Assembly (NCBI GenBank): GCA_964502735.1
Contig: CAZCYD010000002.1
Location: forward strand, 74,218-138,217
Reading direction: 5' to 3'
Source: an uncultured Pseudobdellovibrionaceae bacterium
GTDB lineage: Bacteria; Bdellovibrionota; Bdellovibrionia; Bdellovibrionales; UBA1609
Length of the DNA: 64,000 nt
The notes below the pieces were generated by a model. It searched no databases. It was not told the DNA's origin and saw only the letters and a list, made by a program, of their open reading frames with translations. Of the stretch, positions 1 to 8,633 are shown piece after piece; within the stretch, counting starts at the first letter, position 1; every line of letters starts with the position of its first letter. The position numbers and the translations under genes were made by a program.

Positions 1-653
1 AGGTTCGAATGGTATTTATTGCCAACCCTAATAACCCCACGGGAACTTACCTCAACTCTAATGAACTGAAAGACTTTATTGAATTTACTCAAGGTCTAAA
101 AGATGTTCTCGTTGTTATTGATGAAGCTTACAATGAGTTTGTTAGGGCCGAAGATTATCCAAATGTTGCGAATTGGTTAAATGACTATAAAAACTTAATT
201 GTTATTCGGACCTTTAGTAAGGTGTTTGGATTGGCTGGCTTAAGGCTGGGGGTTTTTATGGCGAACCCAGAAATGGTGAGTTATTACCAACGGGTAAGAA
301 AACCATTTAATGTGAATTCTCTGGCGCAAGTGGCTGGTGTTGCCGCACTAGAGGACGTGGATTATTTAGAGAAAAGTCGTCAAGTGAATTGGAGTGGTCT
401 CGATTTCTACTATACAGAACTGCAGAAAATGAATTTAAAATACTGGCTTTCACAGGCCAATTTTGTTTTGTGCCAACTTCCAATTTTAGGGGAAAAGGCC
501 TACCAATCTCTATTGCGAGAGGGAGTTATAACGCGTCCAGTTACTGGGTATGGCTTGCCGTACCATTTAAGAATAAGTGTGGGCTTGCCTGATGAAAACC
601 AAGCCGCTATTGTGGCCCTGAAAAAAATTTTAGCCAGCGGAGAAGGTCTGTAA
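1..653 (+). CDS. hisC: Histidinol-phosphate aminotransferase, C-terminal part (5' end lies outside the window)
   Basis: The frame of ORF 9..653 stays open to the window edge. Class-II aminotransferase motifs are FIANPNNPTG, DEAYNEF and the PLP-lysine motif RTFSKVFGLAGLRLG. Confidence 0.85.
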   Translation, partial: VRMVFIANPNNPTGTYLNSNELKDFIEFTQGLKDVLVVIDEAYNEFVRAEDYPNVANWLNDYKNLIVIRTFSKVFGLAGLRLGVFMANPEMVSYYQRVRKPFNVNSLAQVAGVAALEDVDYLEKSRQVNWSGLDFYYTELQKMNLKYWLSQANFVLCQLPILGEKAYQSLLREGVITRPVTGYGLPYHLRISVGLPDENQAAIVALKKILASGEGL

Positions 654-667
654 GACTCTACAGACAC

Positions 668-695
668 AAAAGTGAAAAGTGAAAAGTGAAAAGTG
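668..695. repeat. Tandem heptamer AAAAGTG x4 within a purine-rich hisC-cmk spacer
   Basis: Four perfect head-to-tail copies read directly at 668-674, 675-681, 682-688 and 689-695. Confidence 0.9.
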
Positions 696-753
696 ACAAA
701 AGAGCAGCAGAAAGGCCATAAACGACAAGAAAGTGGCAAATAAAGAAAGCGAC

Positions 754-788
754 GAGTAAGAAGAGTAAGAAAGTAAGAAGAGTAAGAA
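754..788. repeat. Tandem 9-mer GAGTAAGAA x4 (the third copy lacks the first G)
   Basis: Copies at 754-762, 763-771, 772-779 and 780-788. GAAAGCGAC also occurs twice, at 745-753 and 801-809. Confidence 0.9.
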
Positions 789-815
789 TTTGACAAACAA
801 GAAAGCGACAAAACA

Positions 816-1511
816 GTGACAAATGAAGCTCCTAAAGAAGTTCTCAATGAAGTAGCAAAGGTCGTAACGATTGATGGCCCAGCAGCCTCAGGCAAAACTT
901 CTGTGAGTCGTGAAGTTGCCAACAGGTTTGGATGGTCGTGGGTTTCAACGGGTGCTTTTTACCGTGGTATCGCCTATGTCGCCCAAAAAGAAAATGTGAA
1001 CCTAGAGGACGAAAGGGCCTTAGTTGAATTGGCGATGAGTAAAACTTGGGCCGTGTGTATGAGTCCCGAACGAACACAATTTCTCTATAGGGGCAGTGAG
1101 GTCACAGACAATATATACACAGAAGAAGTCGGTGAGGTGGCTAGTAAAATCAGCCGCCATCAGGCCTTGAGGGCCAGCTTATTAGAGTTTCAGCGAAATT
1201 GTGCCAAAGATGTCGCGGGCTTAGTTGCAGAAGGTAGAGATTGTGGCACGGTTGTATTCCCATCTGCCGACGTTAAAATCTACCTAACCGCTAGCAGTGA
1301 AAACAGAGCAAAAAGGCGAGCCTCTGAAGAGGGGGGAAGCTTCGAAATTATGCAAGCCGCTCAAAAAAAAAGGGACGCTCAAGACAGCAATCGAACAGCG
1401 GCACCCTTACAAGTGCCTGAAAAAGCTCATGTAATAGATACGAGTGAGATGGATCTCCAGCAAGTTGTGGAGCACATTGACCACCTACTTAGGGAAGAAC
1501 TTAAGCTTTAG
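816..1511 (+). CDS. cmk: Cytidylate kinase
   Basis: P-loop IDGPAASGKTS followed by STGAFYRG. Length is 231 aa with a GTG start, and cmk-rpsA is a conserved gene order. Confidence 0.9.
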   Translation: MTNEAPKEVLNEVAKVVTIDGPAASGKTSVSREVANRFGWSWVSTGAFYRGIAYVAQKENVNLEDERALVELAMSKTWAVCMSPERTQFLYRGSEVTDNIYTEEVGEVASKISRHQALRASLLEFQRNCAKDVAGLVAEGRDCGTVVFPSADVKIYLTASSENRAKRRASEEGGSFEIMQAAQKKRDAQDSNRTAAPLQVPEKAHVIDTSEMDLQQVVEHIDHLLREELKL

Positions 1512-1633
1512 CGCTTTGCTTTAAATCTCTTAAAATGGGCTTTTTGGGGCAAATTATAAAAAGTTAAACTTCTGTTTTCACTTTGAAGAGTATTCTTTAC
1601 GAGAATTTTCATTTATTGCGCAGATAAATCCCT

Positions 1634-1661
1634 TTGACTTTATGAGTAAACAACCTATAAA
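1634..1661 (+). promoter_or_regulatory. Candidate sigma70 promoter for rpsA (TTGACT-N16-TATAAA)
   Basis: TTGACT at 1634-1639 and TATAAA at 1656-1661, about 95 nt upstream of the rpsA start. Confidence 0.35.
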
Positions 1662-1752
1662 CACTACTTATTCCGACTATATTTGATTTTAGTAGACGGG
1701 AAATACTTAGGGTCTGCTCCTCCACAGGGCACGGTCCGCAAGGAGGTAATTT

Positions 1753-3576
1753 TTGACAATGGTGGATAGTAATAAGCCCAATAAATCTAAAGCGGCGATA
1801 GAGAGGGAAAAAGTTTTAGCCGCACTTGATGCATTTGATGCTGAGGTGGTGGAAAACCCAGGATCTGTAGTAAAGGGAGCTGATGCTAATTTTGCAGAGC
1901 TTTTTAAAGAGTCTCTTGATGAAAGAGATTTTAACGTCGGTGATATCGTAACTGGACGAGTTGTTAATATTCTAGAAGATTTTGTTCTAGTGGATATCAA
2001 CTACAAAAGTGAAGGAATGATTCCCCTTTCTGAGTTTCGTTTACACGATGGGCAAAAAGCCATAAGTGTGGGTGAAACTGTCGAAGTTTATATTGATCGA
2101 GTTGAAAATGATAATGGAATGGTAGTTCTTTCTAAAGACAAAGCCGATATGCTTCGCGCTTGGAATGATATTTCTAAGGCAGCTGAAAATGAAGAGATTA
2201 TTGAAGGCACTATTGTTGCCAAAGTTAAAGGTGGCTTGAGTGTAGATATTGGTGTTAAGGCTTTCTTGCCAGGCAGTCAGATTGATTTGCGCCCAGTTCG
2301 AAATATGGATCACTATATCGGAAAGAAGTACAAGTTTAAGGTTATAAAATTTAATAAACGTCGTGGAAATATTGTTCTCTCCAGACGAGCCTTACTTGAA
2401 GAGGAAAGAGAGAGCTTGAGAACTCAAACACTGGATCAAATGGCTGAAGGGTCTGTAGTTAAAGGTATTGTTAAGAATATCACTGACTATGGGGCCTTTA
2501 TTGATTTAGGTGGAATGGATGGATTGCTTCATATCACAGACATGAGCTGGGGTAGGGTTAAGCATCCGTCTGAGTTATTAAATGTTGGTGACGAGATAGA
2601 TGTTCGTGTTCTTAAGTTTGACAATTCTAAAGAGAGAGTAAGTTTAGGATTGAAACAGCTGAGTGAAGACCCATGGGGACAAGTGGATGCAAACTTCCCG
2701 CAAGGCAAGAAGTTAAAGGGTAAGATCGTAAGCTTGGCTGAGTACGGTGCCTTCGTAGAGCTAGAGGATGGCATAGAGGGCCTTATTCACGTTAGTGAGA
2801 TGAGTTGGACCAAGAGAGTTAAACATCCTTCACAGTTGGTTAAGGTGGACGATGAAGTCGATGTTGTTGTTCTTGAGGTAGATAAGGCCAACAGACGCAT
2901 CAGCTTGGGAATGAAGCAGTTGGAATCTAATCCATGGCTTGAACTCAAAGAAACTTATCCTCCTGGTACTATTATTGAGGGAGAGATTAAGTCCCTAACA
3001 GACTTTGGTGTGTTCGTAGGAATAGAAGAGGGAATAGATGGATTGGTTCACATTTCTGACTTCTCTTGGACAAGACGCATCAATCACCCTTCTGAGATGT
3101 TTAATAAGGGAGATAAGGTTCGAGCCGTAGTTTTGGGAGTGGATATTGAAAATGAGCGCTTTAGCCTGGGTCTAAAACAACTAGAAGACGACCCTTGGTC
3201 GAATATCGAAAATAAGTTTCCTATTGGGTCTCAACATGAAGTTAAAGTTACCAAGGCTGCAGACTTCGGTGTTTTTGTTGAGTTGGAGCAGGATATCGAA
3301 GGCTTGATTCATATTTCAGAGTTGTCTCCTAAAAGGGTAGATAAGACTGAGGACTTTATTAAGGTTGGCGAGACTGTTAAAGCTGAAATTATTACCATCG
3401 ATAAAGATGCCCGTAAGATTGGCTTGAGCGCAAAGCTCGTGAAGCTTAGAGAGCAAAAGGCCGATGTTGAAGACTATGTTAAGAAAGCCACTTCAACGTC
3501 TAAGACAAGTCTCGGAGAGTTATTTGCCGATCAATTTAAAGATGCTGGTGTAACTCAACATAAGGGAGACGAATAG
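1753..3576 (+). CDS. rpsA: 30S ribosomal protein S1 (six S1 domains)
   Basis: A 607-aa ORF with repeated S1 motifs (G.IV.G.V....DFG.FV.L..G..GL.H.SE). AGGAGG lies at 1741-1746. The start is either TTG 1753 or ATG 1759. Confidence 0.95.
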   Translation: MTMVDSNKPNKSKAAIEREKVLAALDAFDAEVVENPGSVVKGADANFAELFKESLDERDFNVGDIVTGRVVNILEDFVLVDINYKSEGMIPLSEFRLHDGQKAISVGETVEVYIDRVENDNGMVVLSKDKADMLRAWNDISKAAENEEIIEGTIVAKVKGGLSVDIGVKAFLPGSQIDLRPVRNMDHYIGKKYKFKVIKFNKRRGNIVLSRRALLEEERESLRTQTLDQMAEGSVVKGIVKNITDYGAFIDLGGMDGLLHITDMSWGRVKHPSELLNVGDEIDVRVLKFDNSKERVSLGLKQLSEDPWGQVDANFPQGKKLKGKIVSLAEYGAFVELEDGIEGLIHVSEMSWTKRVKHPSQLVKVDDEVDVVVLEVDKANRRISLGMKQLESNPWLELKETYPPGTIIEGEIKSLTDFGVFVGIEEGIDGLVHISDFSWTRRINHPSEMFNKGDKVRAVVLGVDIENERFSLGLKQLEDDPWSNIENKFPIGSQHEVKVTKAADFGVFVELEQDIEGLIHISELSPKRVDKTEDFIKVGETVKAEIITIDKDARKIGLSAKLVKLREQKADVEDYVKKATSTSKTSLGELFADQFKDAGVTQHKGDE

Positions 3577-3620
3577 TTTGTAAAGCTATACGACTTAAGA
3601 ATTTACTCAAGTGTAGTTAA

Positions 3621-3648
3621 AAAGGCGGGTTGCATCCCGCCTTTTTTG
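3621..3648 (+). terminator. Rho-independent terminator after rpsA
   Basis: Stem GGCGGG (3624-3629) pairs with CCCGCC (3636-3641) around a 6-nt loop, followed by T6 at 3642-3647. An A-run precedes the stem. Confidence 0.8.
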
Positions 3649-3721
3649 TTGGCGTAGATGACAATGTCTCTTAATATACATCTTTGAATAAGAACTAATT
3701 ATAATAGAATGGAGCGCTTTA

Positions 3722-4642
3722 ATGGGAAAATTTATAAAACAGTTTTTGTTAGTTTTTGCGAGTTTGTTTGCGATTTTATTTTTGATCTCATTAGGTACAA
3801 TTGTGTCTAAAATAGACCCACGGGTGCTTGAGCACGTCGAGAAGGATTCAATTTTAGAACTGCAATTAGATGGAGTTATAATTGACGGAAAGCATTTTTT
3901 AGAGAATTTAAAGAAATTTGCCTCAAAAAATAAAATCAAGGGAGTTCTTGTTCGGATTAACAGCCCTGGTGGGGCGGTTGGTCCAAGCCAAGAGATATAT
4001 CTTGAGCTCAAGCGAGTTCGAGAGGAGCTAAAGAAGCCAGTAGTAGCCGTAGCGACATCTTTAGCCGCAAGTGGTGGATATTACGCTGCCGTTGCCGCAG
4101 ATCAAATTGTAACAACACCTGGGTCTTTGATGGGATCTATTGGTGTGTTAATTCAATTTGCGAACCTAAAAGATTTATATAAGTGGGCCAAGGTGGAGAG
4201 GTACGTAATCAAAACAGGAGAGTATAAAGATTCAGGTGCAGATTACAGAGACATGAGGCCTGATGAGAGGGCACTGTTTAGTGAAATGATTTCTGAAGTC
4301 CACGGTCAATTTAAATTGGCAGTGATGAATGGCCGCAAGCTTTCTACTGATGTTGTTGAAAAGTACTCAGACGGTCGAGTTTTTACAGGGGAAACAGCGG
4401 TAAAACTAGGCTTTGCCGATCAGCTTGGAACTTATCAAGATGCAATAAGAATTCTGGGGGAGCTTTCAGGGTTAGGAAGTGCTCCAGAAGTCTTTACTCC
4501 CCCAAAAAAGCGCCCAGATTTATTTGAAGTGTTAACAGAGGCTAAAATCTCTGATGGGTTAGAGCAAAACTTAAAAAATTTTTTTAGATTACAAATTATG
4601 GGTCAACCTATGTATTTAATGCCTGGAGCGATGGGATTGTAG
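3722..4642 (+). CDS. sppA: Signal peptide peptidase SppA (36K type)
   Basis: N-terminal TM segment, the INSPGGAVGPSQEIY motif, the ASGGYY catalytic-serine region, and a length of 306 aa. Confidence 0.85.
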   Translation: MGKFIKQFLLVFASLFAILFLISLGTIVSKIDPRVLEHVEKDSILELQLDGVIIDGKHFLENLKKFASKNKIKGVLVRINSPGGAVGPSQEIYLELKRVREELKKPVVAVATSLAASGGYYAAVAADQIVTTPGSLMGSIGVLIQFANLKDLYKWAKVERYVIKTGEYKDSGADYRDMRPDERALFSEMISEVHGQFKLAVMNGRKLSTDVVEKYSDGRVFTGETAVKLGFADQLGTYQDAIRILGELSGLGSAPEVFTPPKKRPDLFEVLTEAKISDGLEQNLKNFFRLQIMGQPMYLMPGAMGL

Positions 4643-5181
4643 TGAGCAAAAAAAAACAAGTGAATTTAAAGGAGATTTGGCCCCAGGAGCGAGATTTTTT
4701 TTGCCGCCCGGATAGACTAAGATATGTCAGAAAGCTTGTTGAGCCAGATCATTGTGTATTTTGCCAAGAGGCGCAAAAGGGTGCTGAAGGAAACGGACTC
4801 TGCGTGTATAATTCTGAACATAGTATGGTTGTTTTAAATAAATACCCATACAACACTGGGCATATTTTGGTCTTGCCAACTCGTCATGTTGGAGATCTGT
4901 GGAGTTTGTCGGATTTGGAGTATCAGGAGATGTCTATACTTTTAAGGCGATCGGCTGAGATTTTACAAAAGACCTATTCTTGTCAGGGTTTGAATCTGGG
5001 AATGAATCATGGCAAGGTTGCGGGAGCGGGGATTCCCGATCACTTGCATTGGCACGTTATTCCGAGGTGGTTTGGTGACACAAACTTTTTTCCCCTAATA
5101 GCAGAAACAAAGGTGTTGCCTGAATCTGTTGAGCAAACTTACGATAAGCTTTTAAAAGAATTTTCAAAAATGGAGCTTTAA
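4642..5181 (+). CDS. HIT-family nucleotide hydrolase/transferase
   Basis: Histidine triad HLHWHVIPR, plus NKYPYNTGHILVLPTRHV. The GTG start overlaps the sppA stop. Confidence 0.8.
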   Translation: MSKKKQVNLKEIWPQERDFFCRPDRLRYVRKLVEPDHCVFCQEAQKGAEGNGLCVYNSEHSMVVLNKYPYNTGHILVLPTRHVGDLWSLSDLEYQEMSILLRRSAEILQKTYSCQGLNLGMNHGKVAGAGIPDHLHWHVIPRWFGDTNFFPLIAETKVLPESVEQTYDKLLKEFSKMEL

Positions 5182-5182
5182 A

Positions 5183-5590
5183 TTGGAACTGGATCATATA
5201 GGTATTGCCGTCAAAAATCTAAAGGAAGCTAAATCTTTTTATGAGATTCTCGGTTGGTCGAGTATGGAAATAGAAGAGGTGCCTTCGGAACAAGTTAGGG
5301 TCGGATTCCTCGATCTTGAGAATAATACTCGGATAGAGTTGTTAGAAAGTACTCATAAAGAGGGGCCAATTGCCAAATTTATAGATAAGCGTGGACCAGG
5401 TATTCATCATATTTGTTTGCGAGTAGAAGATTTAAAAAAGACCTTGCAAGACTTAAAAAATAAGAATGTGCAACTTATCAATGAAGAGCCTAAGTTGGGG
5501 GCTCATAACTGTTGGGTTGCTTTTATTCACCCAAAGTCTACCGGAGGGGTTCTAGTTGAGTTGAGCCAGCCGGTGAGGGAGGAGGGATAA
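5183..5590 (+). CDS. mce: Methylmalonyl-CoA epimerase (VOC/glyoxalase fold)
   Basis: LDHIGIAVKNL, GPGIHHICLRVEDL and GGVLVELSQ, in a 135-aa protein. Confidence 0.75.
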   Translation: MELDHIGIAVKNLKEAKSFYEILGWSSMEIEEVPSEQVRVGFLDLENNTRIELLESTHKEGPIAKFIDKRGPGIHHICLRVEDLKKTLQDLKNKNVQLINEEPKLGAHNCWVAFIHPKSTGGVLVELSQPVREEG

Positions 5591-6375
5591 TGCGAGGGGG
5601 AGGAGGATCGCCTCTGGCTGTGATGCCAGTCACTCCAGTAGTTAAGAAGCTTATTATTCTGAATATTTCAGTGTGGTTAATTCTCGTTATGATACTGCAA
5701 AAAGTCTTCTTATCGAGAAATTATGTTTTTGAGTACTTTGGTTTGGTCCCGGCTAGTGTAATTACAGATTTTTTTATATGGCAGCCTCTGACCTACATGT
5801 TTGTACACTCCTCAAGCTTCTTTCATTTGCTATTTAACATGCTAGTTCTGTGGATGTTTGGCAGCGAGCTAGAAAGCCGTTGGGGGCGTCGTTTTTTTCT
5901 ATCTTATTATTTGGTGTCTGGAGTCGGGGCAGCAATATTATATGTTGTTTTAACCCTTATATATTCCCTGATTAGTGGGCACGGCGCACCATTGTTAACT
6001 CCTGTGATTGGGGCTTCTGGTGCCACCTTTGCCTTGATTTTAGCTTATGGTTTAGTTTTTGGTGAAAGAATTGTTCTTTTTATGTTTTTATTTCCTATGA
6101 AAGCCAAGTACTTTGCTCTACTGCTAGGAATTATAGAGCTTTTGACCCTTTTGGATTCAGGGTATGGCAGTCAGGTCTCAAATCTGTGTCATTTGGGTGG
6201 GATTGTTTCTGGGTTTCTTTTTTTATTTTTTTATAGTCGCCGCAATCAGGGTGGCTCTAGTGGCAATAAAAAGAGTGGTTCGAGCTCCAACAGATCCAGC
6301 ACTAGACGGAAGTTAAGGTTAGTGGTAGACAATGAGCCGACGGATGAAAAGACGGGCCCACGCTATTGGAATTAG
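5590..6375 (+). CDS. Rhomboid-family intramembrane serine protease
   Basis: Multi-TM protein with the catalytic GASGATFA motif and the HLGGIVSGF histidine motif. The ATG overlaps the mce stop. Confidence 0.85.
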   Translation: MRGGGGSPLAVMPVTPVVKKLIILNISVWLILVMILQKVFLSRNYVFEYFGLVPASVITDFFIWQPLTYMFVHSSSFFHLLFNMLVLWMFGSELESRWGRRFFLSYYLVSGVGAAILYVVLTLIYSLISGHGAPLLTPVIGASGATFALILAYGLVFGERIVLFMFLFPMKAKYFALLLGIIELLTLLDSGYGSQVSNLCHLGGIVSGFLFLFFYSRRNQGGSSGNKKSGSSSNRSSTRRKLRLVVDNEPTDEKTGPRYWN

Positions 6376-6404
6376 TGGGAAAGAATTTCTGAAAAGGAGT
6401 GAAT

Positions 6405-6602
6405 ATGAAAGATCTTGATAAGGCTTTAGAGAACCTTAAATTTGATAAGCGTATGTTAGACTGGAATCTGAATAATGGCGTATTAGATCCCTCAGAGCTG
6501 AATGCTCATAAGCAAAACCTAAAAGACTTGTCGGCAAACTCAGCCCCCCTAGAATTAGCTGATGACTCCTTTGATAACGATGGAGAAAGTTTTAATAATT
6601 AA
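6405..6602 (+). CDS. Small hypothetical protein (65 aa, acidic C-terminus)
   Basis: ORF 6399..6602. ATG 6405 is preceded by AAGGAG. No recognisable motif. Confidence 0.45.
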   Translation: MKDLDKALENLKFDKRMLDWNLNNGVLDPSELNAHKQNLKDLSANSAPLELADDSFDNDGESFNN

Positions 6603-6695
6603 AACTTGAAAATTGGGCGATTGAGGGTTGACTCATCGCCTGTTGATGCATTTGTTTGTGGGTTTGGGATTCAATTGATCTATTGCTGTATCGAT

Positions 6696-7913
6696 TTAGC
6701 AGCCTTGGTTTTGACACTTTTCATATTTTGCGACCACCTCATTTGAGGTCGGTGCCCAATCTTCGCCAATAATTTTGTATCCAGAAGAAGGGTCTTTATA
6801 AACGTATAGAGTTTTTTCTCCAAAGTCAGTAAGCCCATCAGATTGATACTTCTGTAAAAATCTTACAACAAGTTTATCTTTGTGCTGGTAAATCACAGGG
6901 GAAAAGAGTTTTACATTTATATATTCATACTTCTTGTTAAGGTGACTTTTGTACTCGTACCATTGTTCTTTAGTCATTTTGTTAGAAGTAAAGGTTTCGT
7001 GATAAAAATTAATATAGCTATCAATACTTTTGGATTGCCAGCTTGCTCTCCACTGCTCTAGCCATCCAAGTAGGGCTTGTTTTTTTGACTGTAGTTCATT
7101 TTTATTACTGTACTCTATTTTATCTTCCACGATTATAGGAGTGGTTGGAATTTGCACATAGGGTTCAACCTTTTCGATATCTTCATTTTTTAAAACCAGA
7201 CAACCTCTTGATCCACGTAAAAGATTTTTGGTAGGGGGAATGGCATGTAGCCAAATTCCTGAACCCGTTTTTTTGTCTATTCGATCGAAAAAATTGGGGT
7301 AATCCATGACAAAGGCTCTGTCGCCATATTCATTAAAATCAAGTTCATTCTTGCTGTATGTTTTATTAAAAAAGTAAACTCCCTCAGGGGTTTTAAGGTC
7401 TCCCAGTTTTAGCTTGTTTCCAGAGTTTTTTCCCATGTCAAAGGGGTATGCAGCTATTAATTCGTACTGGCTTCTGCTGTTGCGCCAAATGGTGAGAGTT
7501 CGTGTAGACTTGTCCGCAATAAAAGCAAAATTAGAAAAATAATCACCCTCGCCAAGATTGAGAATATTTTTGGGGTAAAGGCCCGGAGGAGGAAGTTTAG
7601 GTTTGGGCTCAATTAAGTTGCTACTAGTTGGGTCGGACTCTTCTTGTTGATTTTCGAGAAGAGCCTCCTCATAACCTTCAGCAGTGGCTTTGTCTTCTCG
7701 AGCTGATAATTGAAGAGGGGCTGTCAGAATAAAAAATGCAAAAAGACAAAGTGGGTAGAGATTTCTAGACAACCTGCGGCTCCTCTCGTTACTAGTCTTG
7801 TTACTGGCCTTATTGCTGGCCTCGTTACTAGTTTCTTTACTAGTCTTGTTACTAGATAAAGCATTATAAAAATAAGTTTGTTTTAAGAATTTTAAATCTA
7901 TCATTATTATCAT
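6696..7913 (-). CDS. Exported YkuD-type L,D-transpeptidase with a C-terminal NTF2-like region (true start may be TTG 7772)
   Basis: Catalytic motif GIWLHAIP...GSRGCLVL. A signal-like segment LYPLCLFAFFILTAPLQLSA is present. GAGGAG lies 7 nt upstream of TTG 7772. Confidence 0.8.
   Translation of the reverse strand: MIIMIDLKFLKQTYFYNALSSNKTSKETSNEASNKASNKTSNERSRRLSRNLYPLCLFAFFILTAPLQLSAREDKATAEGYEEALLENQQEESDPTSSNLIEPKPKLPPPGLYPKNILNLGEGDYFSNFAFIADKSTRTLTIWRNSRSQYELIAAYPFDMGKNSGNKLKLGDLKTPEGVYFFNKTYSKNELDFNEYGDRAFVMDYPNFFDRIDKKTGSGIWLHAIPPTKNLLRGSRGCLVLKNEDIEKVEPYVQIPTTPIIVEDKIEYSNKNELQSKKQALLGWLEQWRASWQSKSIDSYINFYHETFTSNKMTKEQWYEYKSHLNKKYEYINVKLFSPVIYQHKDKLVVRFLQKYQSDGLTDFGEKTLYVYKDPSSGYKIIGEDWAPTSNEVVAKYEKCQNQGC
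7788..7859. repeat. Six tandem imperfect 12-mers (GTTACTAGTCTT-like)
   Basis: Units at 7788, 7800, 7812, 7824, 7836 and 7848. If translated on the minus strand they give SNKT/SKET/SNEA/SNKA/SNKT/SNER. Confidence 0.9.
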
Positions 7914-8027
7914 AAATAATTTTGTCTGAAGTCAAGTTGTTGAATTCCCTCCGAGGAGTATCGGACATTTTTGACTCACTTATTAATCCATTTCGCATCT
8001 CGTAATGAGACAACATCTAGGATCAGC

Positions 8028-8054
8028 TAAAAAAAATATAAAGCTTGCCGATAG
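8028..8054 (+). promoter_or_regulatory. Candidate sigma28 (FliA) promoter TAAA-N15-GCCGATAG upstream of fliL
   Basis: TAAA at 8028-8031, an exact 15-nt spacer, and GCCGATAG at 8047-8054. The consensus is TAAA-N15-GCCGATAA. Confidence 0.4.
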
Positions 8055-8062
8055 GCATAGGT

Positions 8063-8557
8063 ATGGCAGAAGAGGAAGTTAAGAAAAAAAAAGATTTAGG
8101 AAAAATTCTTGGGTTAGCCTTTGTGGTCTTTAACTTTGTAGTTGTGGGGGGGGGAGCTTTTCTTGTGTTTATTTCGACAGTGGGTTATGTGAAGCCCAGC
8201 AAGTCGAATGATGAGTTAAATAAAGAGTTAATTGAATTTCAAAGATCGCTGCAGAACAACCCTATAATCTACACGTTAGATCAATTTAATACAAATTTAG
8301 AAGGGATCCCACGCCGTTTTATAAGAATTCAGGTCAGCTTGGAAATGCTGGACGAAGAGGGGTACGAGGAAGTCATTGGTCTGGGAGCTGAGGCTAGGGA
8401 CTCTATCGTTCGAATTCTGAATACAAAAAAATATAACGAAGTCGAGTCTGTACAGGGAAAACTGCACCTGAAAAATCAAATAACAGCGCAAATCAACAGT
8501 TTTTTACAACGTGGTGTAGTTAAGAATGTTTACTTTTCTGATTTCGTTGTACAATAA
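8063..8557 (+). CDS. fliL: Flagellar basal-body-associated protein FliL
   Basis: Lys-rich N-terminus, a single TM segment, then FNTNL...RFIRIQVSLE...IRD.I...L typical of FliL. ATG 8063 is preferred over the track start TTG 8045. Confidence 0.75.
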   Translation: MAEEEVKKKKDLGKILGLAFVVFNFVVVGGGAFLVFISTVGYVKPSKSNDELNKELIEFQRSLQNNPIIYTLDQFNTNLEGIPRRFIRIQVSLEMLDEEGYEEVIGLGAEARDSIVRILNTKKYNEVESVQGKLHLKNQITAQINSFLQRGVVKNVYFSDFVVQ

Positions 8558-8633
8558 TACCCTTAGTGGCGTGGGAAGTTAATTTTTATCACCGCCGAGT
8601 TAATGTCTTACAATCTATCATCTTGGAGTTCTC

